Assembly (NCBI GenBank): GCA_002269645.1
Contig: NIVC01001059.1
Span: 248,001 to 312,000 of the forward strand
Direction: 5' to 3'
DNA length: 64,000 nucleotides
Source: Macrostomum lignano
Taxonomy: Eukaryota
Shown here: one piece after another, positions 1 to 12,565 of the stretch
Layout: each line of letters opens with the position of its first letter
Numbering within the stretch: position 1 is the stretch's first letter
Made by a program: the position numbers and the translations under genes
Notes under the pieces: generated by a model
What the model saw: the letters and a program-made list of their open reading frames with translations, nothing else
What the model was told of the DNA's origin: nothing
Database searches by the model: none

Positions 1-730
<730 letters not shown>

Positions 731-1729
731 TTTCCAGGTCGCTTTTTGAAGCCCGGGGAGCCGCTGCCGGCTTTTGTAACGCAAAATGCTCCGCAGAGCT
801 GCGGTGCCAGAGGAGAAAAACCCTGGGAGACCTCCCAGCCGCTAGGGCTTAGGGAGGAGACGCTAGATAGATCACCCGGGTTCCACTTGAATTCCCATTG
901 GCTGTAATTGTGATCCCCTTGCAATTTTTGCCACTTTTGTCGGCTCCTTTTCCCGATAAAACAGTGAAGTATATCTTCTTACCCCTGGGTAGAATTGGGA
1001 TAATTCGTGGGCGGGTTGCAGCGTCTGCGGCTGGTTTAAACGTCGATGGGAAATTTTAGTTGAAAAAGCGCGGCAAGTTGAATTTGCCGCGCTCCGATAT
1101 CACAAGCGGGACAGCTGATTGTTTGCTTATGACTCCCCTGGGTCAAGAGGGCGATTAGTAGGAGCCAATTGGATTAGCTTACCTTAGGCGGTGGGCTACC
1201 AGGCCGAAAACTGCGCGGCAGACGCGGCATTCTTCTAGAAAACAACTGAGAGCAGTTCAGAACGGCTCGATGAAAGCAGCTGGGCCTTATGCGCAGCAGC
1301 TTGTCCCATCGCTTGGGAATAATCAACGACACTGCAGCGATACAGGTTCTATAGTATTTCAGGGTTCGAAAGAAATGCTTTTTACTTGCATGCACGATTG
1401 AGTAAACGGCTGGAGTAATCATCGATGATAGTGACCGACATGTGTATGTTCCGGAAGCTGCATGCTTACGCAGGTGTCACAAAAAATTAACATTTTCATC
1501 ATGTATATAAATAAGCTATACTCGTATACAGTTAAGTGTACATGTACGAAACTCGAGGAGAGCATTAATTTAGGTCTGCATCAAGGACTGCTAATTAAGC
1601 ATAAATTCTGCAGTCCTTGGCTAATATATATGTTACATGTTCATGCAAATATCTACTATACAAATTGTTATAATGTATTGTTATATTATGCAGATATTAT
1701 GAATTAGTTCCATTTCAAGAAGTCTTACT

Positions 1730-3990
1730 TGACTCAGCTGCAGGGGGCACCGTGCGTCCGGAAACAGCGAGGAGGCGTTACCGCCCATTTCGCTAACCCC
1801 TGGCGACCACGGGCAGCTGGTGCTGCGGTGTCGCGCAGGGAGTTCCGGTGGCGCCGGTGTCCGCAGCGCAGTCCCCCTCCGGAGAGTCCAGGAGGTGGAT
1901 TGTCGCTCGCCCGGTAGCCCTTAGGTAGCGGACGAGCTGGCAGAGATTCTCGGGCCTGAAAACGTCGGAGAGGTCCGGGTTTGGGCCGAGGTAGGTGAGC
2001 CTGTCCTGAGTATAGGCGGGGCATTCACAGATAAAGTGCACCGCATTCTCGACACCGGAGAGGCAAAATGGGCATTCCTCACTGCGGATTTTTCCCTTGA
2101 GGTGACGATGCAAAACAGCCATGACCCGAGAGGGCCGCGATGCAGTGGTGTAGGTTTAGCTGCAGGATGTCCACTCCGGGGATTCCACGAGTGGTCCGGG
2201 CAGCTTTCTGCCAGCTCAAGGCGAGTTGTGCAGGAGAGCTGTCACTTCTGCCTCGCCGATAGCTCCAGGCTCCAGGTCCACGGGCTCCTCCCATGGTCGA
2301 GGGCGGGGCCGCCACCTGGGCGGCATTCTCGCTCTCGGCCCGGTTTTCCAGGGGGGGGGGCGCAGTGGTGACACTGGGCTGGGGGTTGCTGCGGTTGTTG
2401 GCCTTGGTGGTGTCCAGCAGCTGCTTCGTGCGCTGAGTCAGACCAGAGCGGATAGTGTTCCGGGCGGGTTTCCGGCCGTTTCCACGTCCGCCTGTTGCTG
2501 CAGCTTTCGCGGCTTTCCCTCTGACAGGTTCCACGTCCTCGGAGGGGTCGTGACGAACGGGAGCTTTTTTCCTGCGCGTTTCCGCCCGGCAGAGCCCCCG
2601 CTTGCCCGCTTACGCTTCTCCGGGGGCGGTGGATGGGTGGCGTCAGACTCAAAGCTAGAGCTGAATCTGCATCAGCCCGACAGAGATGAGGAACATGTCC
2701 GGATAGCGGAGCATCCGGAGCATTAGGCAGAAACCGTCTCCGCCCGGCTTGGAGATGGTCTCGTGAACTACGACGCCATTGGCCGGCAGCTCCGGGTTGG
2801 TAGCCAGTAGCAGGCGACGCAGCTCGTCGGTCTTGGTGATGGAGCTGCGAGCCGAAATCCAGGCACGGTGCCGGTGTGTCCGGGGTCGCTCGTCCTCCCT
2901 GTAGATAAACAGGTTTTCCAGCTCCGTACCCCAGTCGAAGGCTTTAAGCATCTCGAGGACCTGCTGCCCAGATCGACTGGCTGTCGGCGGGCTGGATATG
3001 GAGGGCTTGGTCCTCGACTTTCGTCTTTTGGGCTTGAATAGCGGTACCGCTCAAGGCCATCTTGACCAGGTGGGAGTCCAACCTGCGCCAGATAAGGTCG
3101 AGCTGTTCGGCCGTAAGAGCTGGCGTTTCCTGGCCTTGGATAATCAGGGCCGGCTGCCTCTTGGCCATAGCCGCATAGATGCGCTTCGGCTTGGTGGTTT
3201 GGCCAGCACCCTCCGCTTTGGATCGCTCCACGGCCGTAGGAGCTTCCACACGGGCAGAGGTCACATCACGGGAGCTAGGGGCCACCGCACCCTCCTCGGA
3301 GGCGGCCAGAGCTGGGGCAGCTTTCGTACTCCTCAGTTCTTCCGCTTTGCGCTGGAGAAAGGCTTTGTAGCGAGCAATGCTACGGGCCTTCTTTTTAAAA
3401 GTCTAAGGTCCGCTGTCCTGTTGTCCAGCCACTCCGGTATTGTCCTGAGTGGCGGCAGGGGCTGCCTGAGAGGCATCGGGGGTTCCGGTGTTGCGATTGT
3501 CCGGCTGGGCCGCGGTACCAACCTCGGTTGGTGCTCCAGCAGCCTCGGACGTGTCGGAAGTAAGTGAATACTCATGAGTCGCTGAAAGGCGAATGGGGAC
3601 TAGAGGTGAGAAGCCGCTGGGCCGTAACCCAAAAGCCAACAGCCAGGCCAAGAGATAGCGACCGCGGGGTGGCTTAAGCCCTTACTGGCCCGACCGCTAG
3701 CAACCGAGAAACTCCCCGGCTAAGAGCCCGGCTTGGAGAAACCAGAGGCCGAACCAAAGGACCATCAGCGCGGTGTTACACTGGGCCCTTGAGGGGGACA
3801 AGAGGCTGTCCGCGGAGCCTGCGGACTACCCTGTTAAGGTCAGAAGGTGATACCCATTCCTCAGAGCCGTGGCCAGAGGTACCTGATACGCACAGGTTCA
3901 CTTCCGGGCGGGGCCCGTACCCATGCAAATCGGCCAGCTGGCCACGGAAGGGTTGCCGTCGCGGGAGCCCAGTCAGTCCAGCAGCCCTAG
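1730..3990 (-). mobile_element. Internally deleted non-LTR retrotransposon (R1/LOA-like): frameshifted ORF1, start of the APE domain fused to the C-terminal zinc knuckle of ORF2
   Basis: ORF1-like segments (LRRLLLATNPEL) broken by a frameshift near 2965. The APE start [12 protein letters not shown] is directly followed by [21 protein letters not shown]. No RT motifs. Boundaries approximate. Confidence 0.75.
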
Positions 3991-5389
3991 AGCGAATGAT
4001 TAATAATGTGTACAAGACTTTAAAGTGGTTTTTCAGACTAGCGTAAGATAAAAAACTTGCAAATTTATGTGGAACATGGCTTCGGAAAGCAGACGAGCTA
4101 CGAAAAAAACTCGTTTTCGCTACCTCCGCATTGATTTGAATTCGCAATTTAACCCGGTTAATTAAAAACGCACGTGGGTCAGGCTCCATTAGTCTTTATG
4201 TCGATATAGTGATCGTCCTGTTGTCACAAATAGATTTTTAGGTCAGCCGCTTTCAAACGTGCACTTGTACTTTACTTACTGACTAGGACTAGTAAATACA
4301 CAAAAATGGCTGGTTGGACTTAACTAGTTTAGACTTAGATGAAGTGTAATTAATTGTAATTGATGTTTAGGTAGACTTACCACAGCTTAATGTTAAGCTA
4401 AGCTTGCATTTAATATCTTTTATAGAAAAAATTATTAGCTTAAATAGGCCTACATTGTTACATAAGTCTTGCATTTAGGAACTGTGCTATTTAGTGTTAC
4501 TGACAGAAAAGAACTTAAGTGTAGTCATTGGTGCCAAATTAAATTGAATACCTTTTAGCATTTTTAGTAGCCTAGCCTAGGCTAGACAGAGTATATATAT
4601 TCAGTTTTTTGCTCAGTATAGGCCTATCCCAAGACCCAAGTCTTTTTTTACTTAGTCTTTTTATTGCTCAGTACAATATAGCGTAGCGTAGGCCTAAAAA
4701 GAATTTAGCATTTATCATTATTATAGGCCCTAGCATTTCTATAGGCATTGGGATTAGTCTGGGCATTTAATTGAGTATAAATAATATAGGCCTAATTCAT
4801 AATGGATATGCATGGACCATATAAGGCTACCAAATTGGTAAGTTTTTATGACATTGATTACAATAGGCCCTAAATATATTCTTGGCTATCCTGTAGTTTC
4901 GCATGTTAAATTATTACCCCCACCCCCCACCACCCTTGAATAGAGGGCGAAATAATTCCGTAAAATAATTTAACGTGCAAAACTACAGGATAGCCATATT
5001 CTTATATTGCATATAAAATAAAATATGCTTATTATGCCATGAGATAAAAATGTAACAATTTAAATAAATGAGACAAATGGCAATGGTTCTTGATTATTAA
5101 TATTATTAAGAATAAGATAATAATGGGTCAAAGGTCTGCAACCATTTGATTGTAGGTGCTTTATATTAATAGCTTTTTGATAGGCCTAGAATATTCTAGA
5201 AGGCAGAATGTTCTAGAAAGAATAATGCAGGAATTTGAGTTACTATAGCTATTTAGTATATTTAGATTGGTTGTAGAAATTTCTAAAATAAAATGTTTAT
5301 TGCATGGTCAGAAAGTTTGTAAAGGTTTAGTATAAGATCACTACAATAGAAATAGATCATTCTTTATTATCTTGACATTAGGTATATAT

Positions 5390-5768
5390 TAGAGGTCGGA
5401 CGGGATTGAAATCTTTGGGTGGGATTGGGATTGGAAATAATTTTTTTCTCAGGATCGGGAATTGGATCAGGTCTTTTAGTGTATTGTCCATGTAAAGTTA
5501 AACAAAATTGAGAAAAGATTGTTAAGATCAAGAAGTAAAACACAATAAAATTGTTATTAAGTTTTTTAACCAACAAAGTAAATAATGTAACGAGTATAAG
5601 TTAAAGCAAAATACCTTCAAGTAATCACTAATTCTATAAATTATTAATCAAAAGACCTGTTCCCAAATCTTGAGTTTTTTATGTTCAGGATTCTGGTCCC
5701 GCAGGAATTCAATTTTCCTTGGGATCCCGAGAGTTCAGGATTGGGATCGGGATCCTGTCCGACCTCTA
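5390..5768. mobile_element. hAT-like MITE, 379 bp
   Basis: TIRs TAGAGGTCGGACGGGA / TCCTGTCCGACCTCTA (1 mismatch), 8-bp TSD GTATATAT (5382-5389, 5769-5776). The empty site is visible in the right copy near 25070. Confidence 0.93.
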
Positions 5769-6270
5769 GTATATATAGGTCATAAACATTATTTATAAAG
5801 GAATCAAAATTGTATGTATATTACAGTCTCACATTATATATTTAATCTTTATTCACTTTAGTAACCCTTTGAAACTTTCTCTTTCTGTCTCTTTCTTTCT
5901 TTTTCTAACTTCCTTTCTTTCTTTCATTCTTGTTCTTTTCCTAATATAGATTAATCTACCTTAACTAAAATGAGTTGTTCCATTTTTAGTATATTGGATT
6001 GATACTAGGCCTATGCTTAGGAATAAATTTATGCAATCTAGCTCGTATAGCTTTTGTTAAAAATTGAATAAAATCATTTTTTGCAATTTTGTTATAAAGT
6101 TAGAGCATAATAATATAGAATAAGCTAACATAAACAATGTAAAATAAAGCTTCCAAAATGCATTATACAATCATTATCAATCAATAAAAACATTTAAAGT
6201 AAGACAACACTAAACTCTGTCTTTAAAGGTCTAGCTTTTAGTGTTTTTGTCCTTGCATTCCATTCCCTAA

Positions 6271-6765
6271 TCCCCACAGTGGAATGACATCATCTGCACA
6301 TTCCACTCCATAATTCCCACAGTGAAATGATATTAGCTGTATATTCCACTCTCTAATCCTCAAAGTAGAATGACATCATCTGCACATTCCACTCCCTAAT
6401 CCCACAGTAGAATGACATCAGCTACACATTCCAATCCCTAATCCCACAGTGGAATGACATCAACTGCACATTCCACTCCCTATTCCCACAGTAGAATGAC
6501 ATCATTTGCACATTCCACTCCCTAATGCCACAGTGGACTGACATCATCTGCACATTCCAATCCCTAATCCCACAGTGGAATGACATCAACTGCACAATCC
6601 ACTCCCTAATGCCACAGTTGAATGACGTAATTTACACATTCCACTCCCTAATCCCACAGTGGAATGACATCATCTGCACATTCCACTCCCTAATCCCACA
6701 GTGGAATGACATCAACTGCACATTCCACTCCCTAATCCCACAGTGGAATGACATCATCCGCACAT
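6271..6765 (+). repeat. 39-bp minisatellite, about 12 units, containing the DEPDC1 splice acceptor and exon start
   Basis: Unit ~AATCCCACAG|TGGAATGACATCATCTGCACATTCCACTCCCT; the last unit grades into the DEP exon. Confidence 0.95.
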
Positions 6766-7085
6766 TCCGCACCTCGATGCCAGTCGGGCGGCACCGCAAA
6801 GGAGTCCGCGTGTTCGACAACTGCTTCCAGGGTTCAGACGCGGTGGACTGGCTGCAGCTGCACCTCAGCAAAAATCCCAGCTTCGGCAGCAACGTCGGCC
6901 GCCATCAGGTGGTGCAGCTGCTCGGCAAGTTTCACAAGAGCGGCGTCTTTCACGATGTTCGCGGCGGCGGCGGCAACAGCAAGTATGACACCGAGCCCTT
7001 CGAGGACAGCTCCAGCCGGCTGTACAAGTTTAGCCTCGTGGAAACCACCCTGTCTCCGCTGAGCGCGCGGCAGCCCATCACAGCT

Positions 7086-7616
7086 ATGGGTCTGTTGGTG
7101 GATGGGTGCTGTCTGCTGTACAGCAGTGGGTCTGTTGCTGGATGGGTGCTGTCTGCTGTACAGCAGTGGGTATGTTGCTGGATGGGTGCTGTCTGCTGTA
7201 CAGCCGTGGGTATGTTGCTGGATGGGTGCTGTCTGCTGTACAGCCGTGGGTTTGTTGGTGGATGGGTGCTGTCTGTTGTACAGCCGTGGGTTTGTTGGTG
7301 GATGGGTGCTGTCTGTTGTACAGCAGTGGGTCTGTTGCTGGATGGGTGCTGTCTGCTGTACAGCAGTGGGTATGTTGCTGGATGGGTGCTGTCTGCTGTA
7401 CAGCCGTGGGTATGTTGCTGGATGGGTGCTGTCTGCTGTACAGCTGTGGGTCTGTTGGTGGATGGGTGCTGTCTGCTGTTCAGCTGTGGGTCTGTTGCTG
7501 GATGGGTGCTGTCTGTTGTACAGCTGTGGGTCTGTTGGTGGATGGGTGCTGTCTGCTGTTCAGCTGTGGGTCTGTTGCTGGATGGGTGCTGTCTGCTGTA
7601 CAGCTGTGGGTCTGTT
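7086..7616 (+). repeat. 40-bp minisatellite, about 13 units (DEPDC1 intron)
   Basis: Unit GGGTCTGTTGCTGGATGGGTGCTGTCTGCTGTACAGCAGT. Confidence 0.97.
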
Positions 7617-8972
7617 ACGTAAACGATTTCCTGGAATACAAGCCCCCTCCATGACCCAGACCGGTCTGTCGGCCGCCGCAGCCTCCGTGCCGGGCCTTCC
7701 TGGTCCGTCAGGAAGGCGACCAGCCTCTCGGCTTCATCATCAGCTTCGGGCGGAGCCGCCTGCGCCACCCCTGTGAGGCGGCCACCAGAGCCGCGTGAAC
7801 CGCAGCAGCAGCTGCCACAGGCGCAGCCGGGCTCGGGGGCGCAGCCGGCCAGGAGGAGGAGGACCTGGCCTACATCTGGCTGGACTCGGCCCTCACCCGC
7901 ATGCGCGAGCTGCTGGAGCTTCGCTCAATTGACGCCTTGACCGACGCTCGGCAGCTGCGGGCCGACTTTGTCCGGGACAACCTGACTTCGGCTGGACAGG
8001 CCGGGGACCCGGCCGATTCGCTGCCGGCCTGGGTGAGCAACGCCGTCCGGTGCCTGGCCCGCTGGCCGGACACTGGCATGCCCAGCCTGCCGAGCTACGA
8101 GGGCTTCGAGCTGGAGATATTCGCCGAACTGTGCGAGTTCTTCGAGGGTGAGGGGGGGAGCCGCTGTGCTGGGCCGGTGCTCACTTAGTAGTCAGTTGCC
8201 TAGTAGTAGGTTATAGTAATCACCCAGTGCGCTCTGAGTGATAAGCTCAGCCGGCTCACCCAATCTGCGAATCCTCCGGCTTCACAGGCCGCGACGCGGA
8301 GCCGCTGGTGCCGCCGGACCTGCGCGACCTGTTCATCAACGTGCTGGCTCTGGCTGACAACCTGGCCAGCGAGCGGGCTGCGCACGACGCCGCCGCGCGT
8401 CGGAGACATTGGCGGCGCTTTCGCCGACACCCGATCGGCGCCCCGGCCATGACCAGCAGCTGCGCCGAGATCATGCGCCAGCTGACCGCGCCAGGCGCCT
8501 CCGCCACAGACGATGCCGACTGCAGCGACGCGAATTGGTCGCTGATGAATCAGCCGCGCTGCCGGCTGGCCAGAGTCTGCCACAGCGACTGCGAGTTCGA
8601 CGCTGAGGACGACGGGGAGGACGCCGACGACTTCGCCGCCTGCCGCCGCCGCCACTGGCCCAGACGCTCTCCGCTCCGTCGAAGCGCCACCTCCGAGGCT
8701 GACGGTCTCGGCCGCGAACAGGAGTTGCTGCAGTCCGTCCAAGACCCCGGCAATGCGGCCGATGGCGGTGTTCACCCGCTGGACGGCGACAGCCTGCTGG
8801 CCTCGGGCCTGCAGCTGGCTGCGCTGTTTTTGCCCCCCGGCCGGCGGCGCCGCCTTCACCAACTGCTGCGGGCCATGCACAAACTGGGAGCCAACCCGCG
8901 CCTGCGGCTCGACCCCGTGCTGCCTACGGCTCACGTGGTTCGTTTAAGTCCTAGTGGGTTGGAGGAGCAGGC

Positions 8973-9083
8973 AGAATCCCACCCTGCCATCTCCCCCGAA
9001 TCCCACCCTGCCATCTCCCCGAATCCCACCCTGCCATCTCCCCCGAATCCCACCCTGCCATCTCCCCCAAATCCCATCCTGCC
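8973..9083 (+). repeat. 23-bp C-rich minisatellite, truncated at the duplication breakpoint
   Basis: Unit GAATCCCACCCTGCCATCTCCCC. Confidence 0.95.
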
Positions 9084-11364
9084 GTTTACCATTACCGTTT
9101 GTCTTTAGTTAAACAACTCCATCCAACTTTCCGAGAAAAATTTAAGTCCCAGCATCCCATTACTGTCGTTTTCTGACATTACTCAGTAGTCACAACTTGT
9201 TTCTGTCGAAAAAATAATTTAACGAACGAAAGAGGAAAATCGCCTAATATGCTTTTGCCAAAATTAAAATTTGCTAAAATTGACTGCACCCTTAGGCTCT
9301 TACATAATGAACAAACATGATTAGATGAATAGTTTAAAACTATTGCTACTTGCTTGCTTCAACAAAAAGTGAAAATTTACAATGAAGTGAAGGCGAAAAC
9401 TGAAAAAAAAAGATTTTTAAAAAATGTAACACTAGAGCAACTCTGGAGTGAGAGGTTCATTAGGTAAGCAGAAAAAAGAGAAATACCTAAAAATCAAAAA
9501 GGCACTACTTCAAATTCAATAGGATAATTCTTAAACTTGATGCAAAACCGTCAGTGCGACTTGATTTGACTTCAGAAAGAGTCAAGTCAAGTTACCATCA
9601 ATGATTATAATTGATAGTCTGAATAAAATATATTTGAAAAACGAGAGGAAGAGAAACTTGCAAGTGTATTAGCTTTAATGAAAGCCACAAAAATAAAAAA
9701 ACTTGTATCTTTTTTTATTTACTAATCACAAAAGAATGCACAGTTTTTTCAGCAATGTTCTTCATTATTTTTCTTAATATGGATGATGGCGGTAATGAAT
9801 ACATACCGTCAAGAGACGAATCTGGACTCGACGAAACACGAGCCGAATTTTTCGGCTAAAATAGCAAAAGCACACGGATGCGTACGCAAGCGAAAAGACT
9901 GTTGTATAACACAGCGCTATGGAACACTTTTGTTGATATGGATTTTAACTATGAACTTTTGCGCATGTGATTGAACTATCTACGAGCGTATGGTCATAAT
10001 TCTCGAAGACCCAGACAGTTACTAAAGAGCTGGGCGCACGAGGGAAAATGAAATTAACTAACGAACGAGCGGAGCGAGACAAGGGCTCCTACGATAACGA
10101 ATTATTTCCGCTCCTTTTTATTAACACAAATATACGATTAGACGGAATTCGAACCGTCTTACGAATACACATCAGTCCTTTGCGCAAACGCTCACGCAGC
10201 TGGCTTGTACAACGTCCTGACTTCTCTCTCAACGTCGGAATGTGTACCACCAAAGGTTTAATGCGTCTCATTCTAAAGAGACCTCTCGTGCACCCGTGCA
10301 CTTTTGAGGCAAGGCGCATTGTGGCTCAGAGCTATCTTGAGTTCACCGGCCCTTATCGAAAAACATGAAAGTGCATGATCGACGATCGAGTCTGAAGTTG
10401 AAAAATCTGACTAAAATTTTGTGATAATTTAGTTTTTGCCCAGTCAACTCCAGTTTCAAATTTTGCTCCAGTGATGCCTTCGACCAGAGCGACACATTAT
10501 TCAGGTTCAAAAGATATGCAGAAAATATCAGATCGGGTAATTTTCGGACTGCACTCTGTTTCAGCCAATCAGAATCGGGTTTGTGTGCCTGATTCGCATC
10601 GGGGTAAAATCGGATCAATAAATAATTCATAATGCGCTATAATTTATATCTTTTTTGACTATCTAGTCTAACTTTAGTGAAACTGTGACATTGTGGTGTT
10701 ATGCTAGTGTGTTTCAGTGCATGTGCACTGCGCCGGGTTGTTTGTTTGCGTTTCACGCGTGGCTAGCATGGTGGGGTCTATGCAGTCAGGCCAACCACCC
10801 TTTCTTTAGTCCTAGGGTAAATAAAAATGTCTTATAAAGAGCCCAGATTTATGATCTGGCTCTCTACGTTTTTCTACGCACTTAACTCAATTACACGCCT
10901 TTAGCTTCATTTATTACAGAAACAAAACGAGTTACGTGCTCCCCCACAGATGTACAATTCAAGCAGTTGCGGCTTATAAGAGCGCATAAGCCGGAAACTT
11001 ATAAATGGAGAATAAAAGAGACACAAGCCCATCAACACGAAAACGAGTCCCGATCGACAGCCTGTTTCTCGGATTCAATCTGGTGCATCTGAACTTAAAC
11101 TGTCCACTGGTTTTGGCTCCGCCGGTTGCAACAGGTAAAACGTCAACAACGCCTGATCAAATGACGGATACCCATTAGTAGCACGATTCAGCCGTGCATA
11201 TTGAACGCTACAAGCGTGCTTAATTTTCACTGGAAGGGGCAGCGTCTCTACCATTGATAACGAAATGCAGGCGCATAAATCTCTTGGGTGTGCAGCTTGA
11301 TAGATTTATTTCCAAAATGTTAATGCGAGTACACACAAGTAGTTACCGAATGCGCGGTGAAAGC

Positions 11365-12565
11365 CTATCTAAGAACTAAATAATACCAAACCGCACTCTG
11401 TTCGCGGCTGTTCTGTTCCATTGCTGAATCGTCAGGCTGGGTGGTCCAGGATGAGATCGGCGCACTGCGAGTTCTTGTTCCCGCAGAGCACGGAGAACTC
11501 CACGTTGCTCCAGATGCTGCTGTTGCTGCTGGTGTTTCGCAGGAAGACCCGCCGGCCGTCGGACTGACGGAGCGGACATTGCAGCCGATGGTGCGCAGCG
11601 CAGGCGCTGGCAGGTTCAGCAGGCACTGCACGTCCAGCCGAATCTCGCGGCCCTGCATCTCCTCGCCTGGCCGGCGGGTCAGGCCGCCGCCGTACACATT
11701 CAGTGTGCCGCAGTGCTGGTAGCGCCGGCTCAGGCAGGGGAAAATCAGAGTGACCAGGCCCACAGTTGGATTCTCCAGGTAGCGAAACGAGCCTCGGATG
11801 ATGAACTGGACGCTGGACCGAATGGACTGTTGACCAAAGCTAAACAGCAGCGTTTCCGCCATCTCCACTTGCGGACAGCCGACCCGGAATATTGACGTGT
11901 CTCCTGCGAGATGAGTTGGGAGCAGGAGGCACTGCATAAAAGTCCCGCATAGGTGTGGGGAGCAGGAGGCACTGCATAAAAGTCCCGCATAGGTGTGGGG
12001 AGCAGGAGGCACTGCATAAAAGTCCCGCATAGGTGTGGGGAGCAGTTGTGTTTTTAAGTATTTTTAGAGTATGCAGTTTTTTAAGTATTATGCATTACGG
12101 GACAATGAATAACTTCCAACGTGAAGTCTATCTAGTATCTCAATTATACCCCCTGTGTATGCTAGCCTGCACATAGTACACAATCAGGACTCACCTATGC
12201 TAGCCTGCACATAGTACACAATCAGGACTCACCTATGCTAGCCTGCACATAGTACACAATCAGGACTCACCTATGCTAGCCTGCACATAGTACACAATCA
12301 GGTTGGAGTTGGGCAGCCGCAGCTCCAGCTCCATGTTCTCCACAGCCGGCGTGGTCAGCCGCAGCACCATTCGGGCTTTGAAGTGGGCAACCTGCTTCTC
12401 CGCCACGGTGAATATGGCGATGGACTCGGGCACCAGCTTGGAGCCGTCCTGGCCTCTGGCTTCGCCGTTAGTGGTGCCCATTATGTGGCTCGTCAGGCCA
12501 CTGGACACCACGCTGCCGATCTCTGTGGGCGCCAGCTGCTTGCTGATGGCGTTGGTGGCCCGCAT
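11365..12565 (-). CDS. Unassigned two-exon gene, 277 aa (exons 12565-12271 and 11903-11365)
   Basis: ATG in MRATNAISKQL; donor ATAG|GTGAGT; acceptor CGCAG|GA; phases match (1/1); GC-rich codons. I do not recognise a domain. Confidence 0.55.
11918..12044 (+). repeat. 40-bp minisatellite, about 3 units
   Basis: Unit AGCAGGAGGCACTGCATAAAAGTCCCGCATAGGTGTGGGG. Confidence 0.95.
12158..12302 (-). repeat. 38-bp tandem repeat containing an exon end plus a GTGAGT donor
   Basis: Sense unit CTGATTGTGTACTATGTGCAGGCTAGCATAG|GTGAGTC, three full copies plus one partial. Confidence 0.95.

Larger units (their letters stand above)
6744..9083 (+). pseudogene. DEPDC1: DEPDC1, left copy: frameshifted and 3'-truncated
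   Basis: Same DEP exon as the right copy. G5 instead of G6 at ~7835-7839 shifts the frame (stop near 7939). The last two exons are absent because homology ends at 9083. The 1-bp loss could be a homopolymer sequencing error. Confidence 0.75.

Noticed and set aside
3880-3990. HDV-like ribozyme at the 5' end of the R1/LOA-like element
   Set aside because: Only a partial P3/L3-like CC-TTCCGT-GG and a 5-bp P1 were found; I could not complete P1, P2 or J4/2.
4075-4170. MASESRRATKK.. as the missing first exon of DEPDC1
   Set aside because: RAT resembles the family RAT(K/R)LW motif, but there is no phase-0 GT donor after it.
5296-5308. TTTATTGCATG|GT resembling the ATG-ending 3' end of a flatworm spliced leader
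   Set aside because: Only about 11 nt in AT-rich DNA, no upstream leader similarity, no Sm site or stem-loops.
10048-10368. 106-aa ORF, and other short ORFs at 56665-56880, 63210-63506 and 40375-40659
   Set aside because: No recognisable motif and no convincing splice or start context; possibly decayed transposon fragments.
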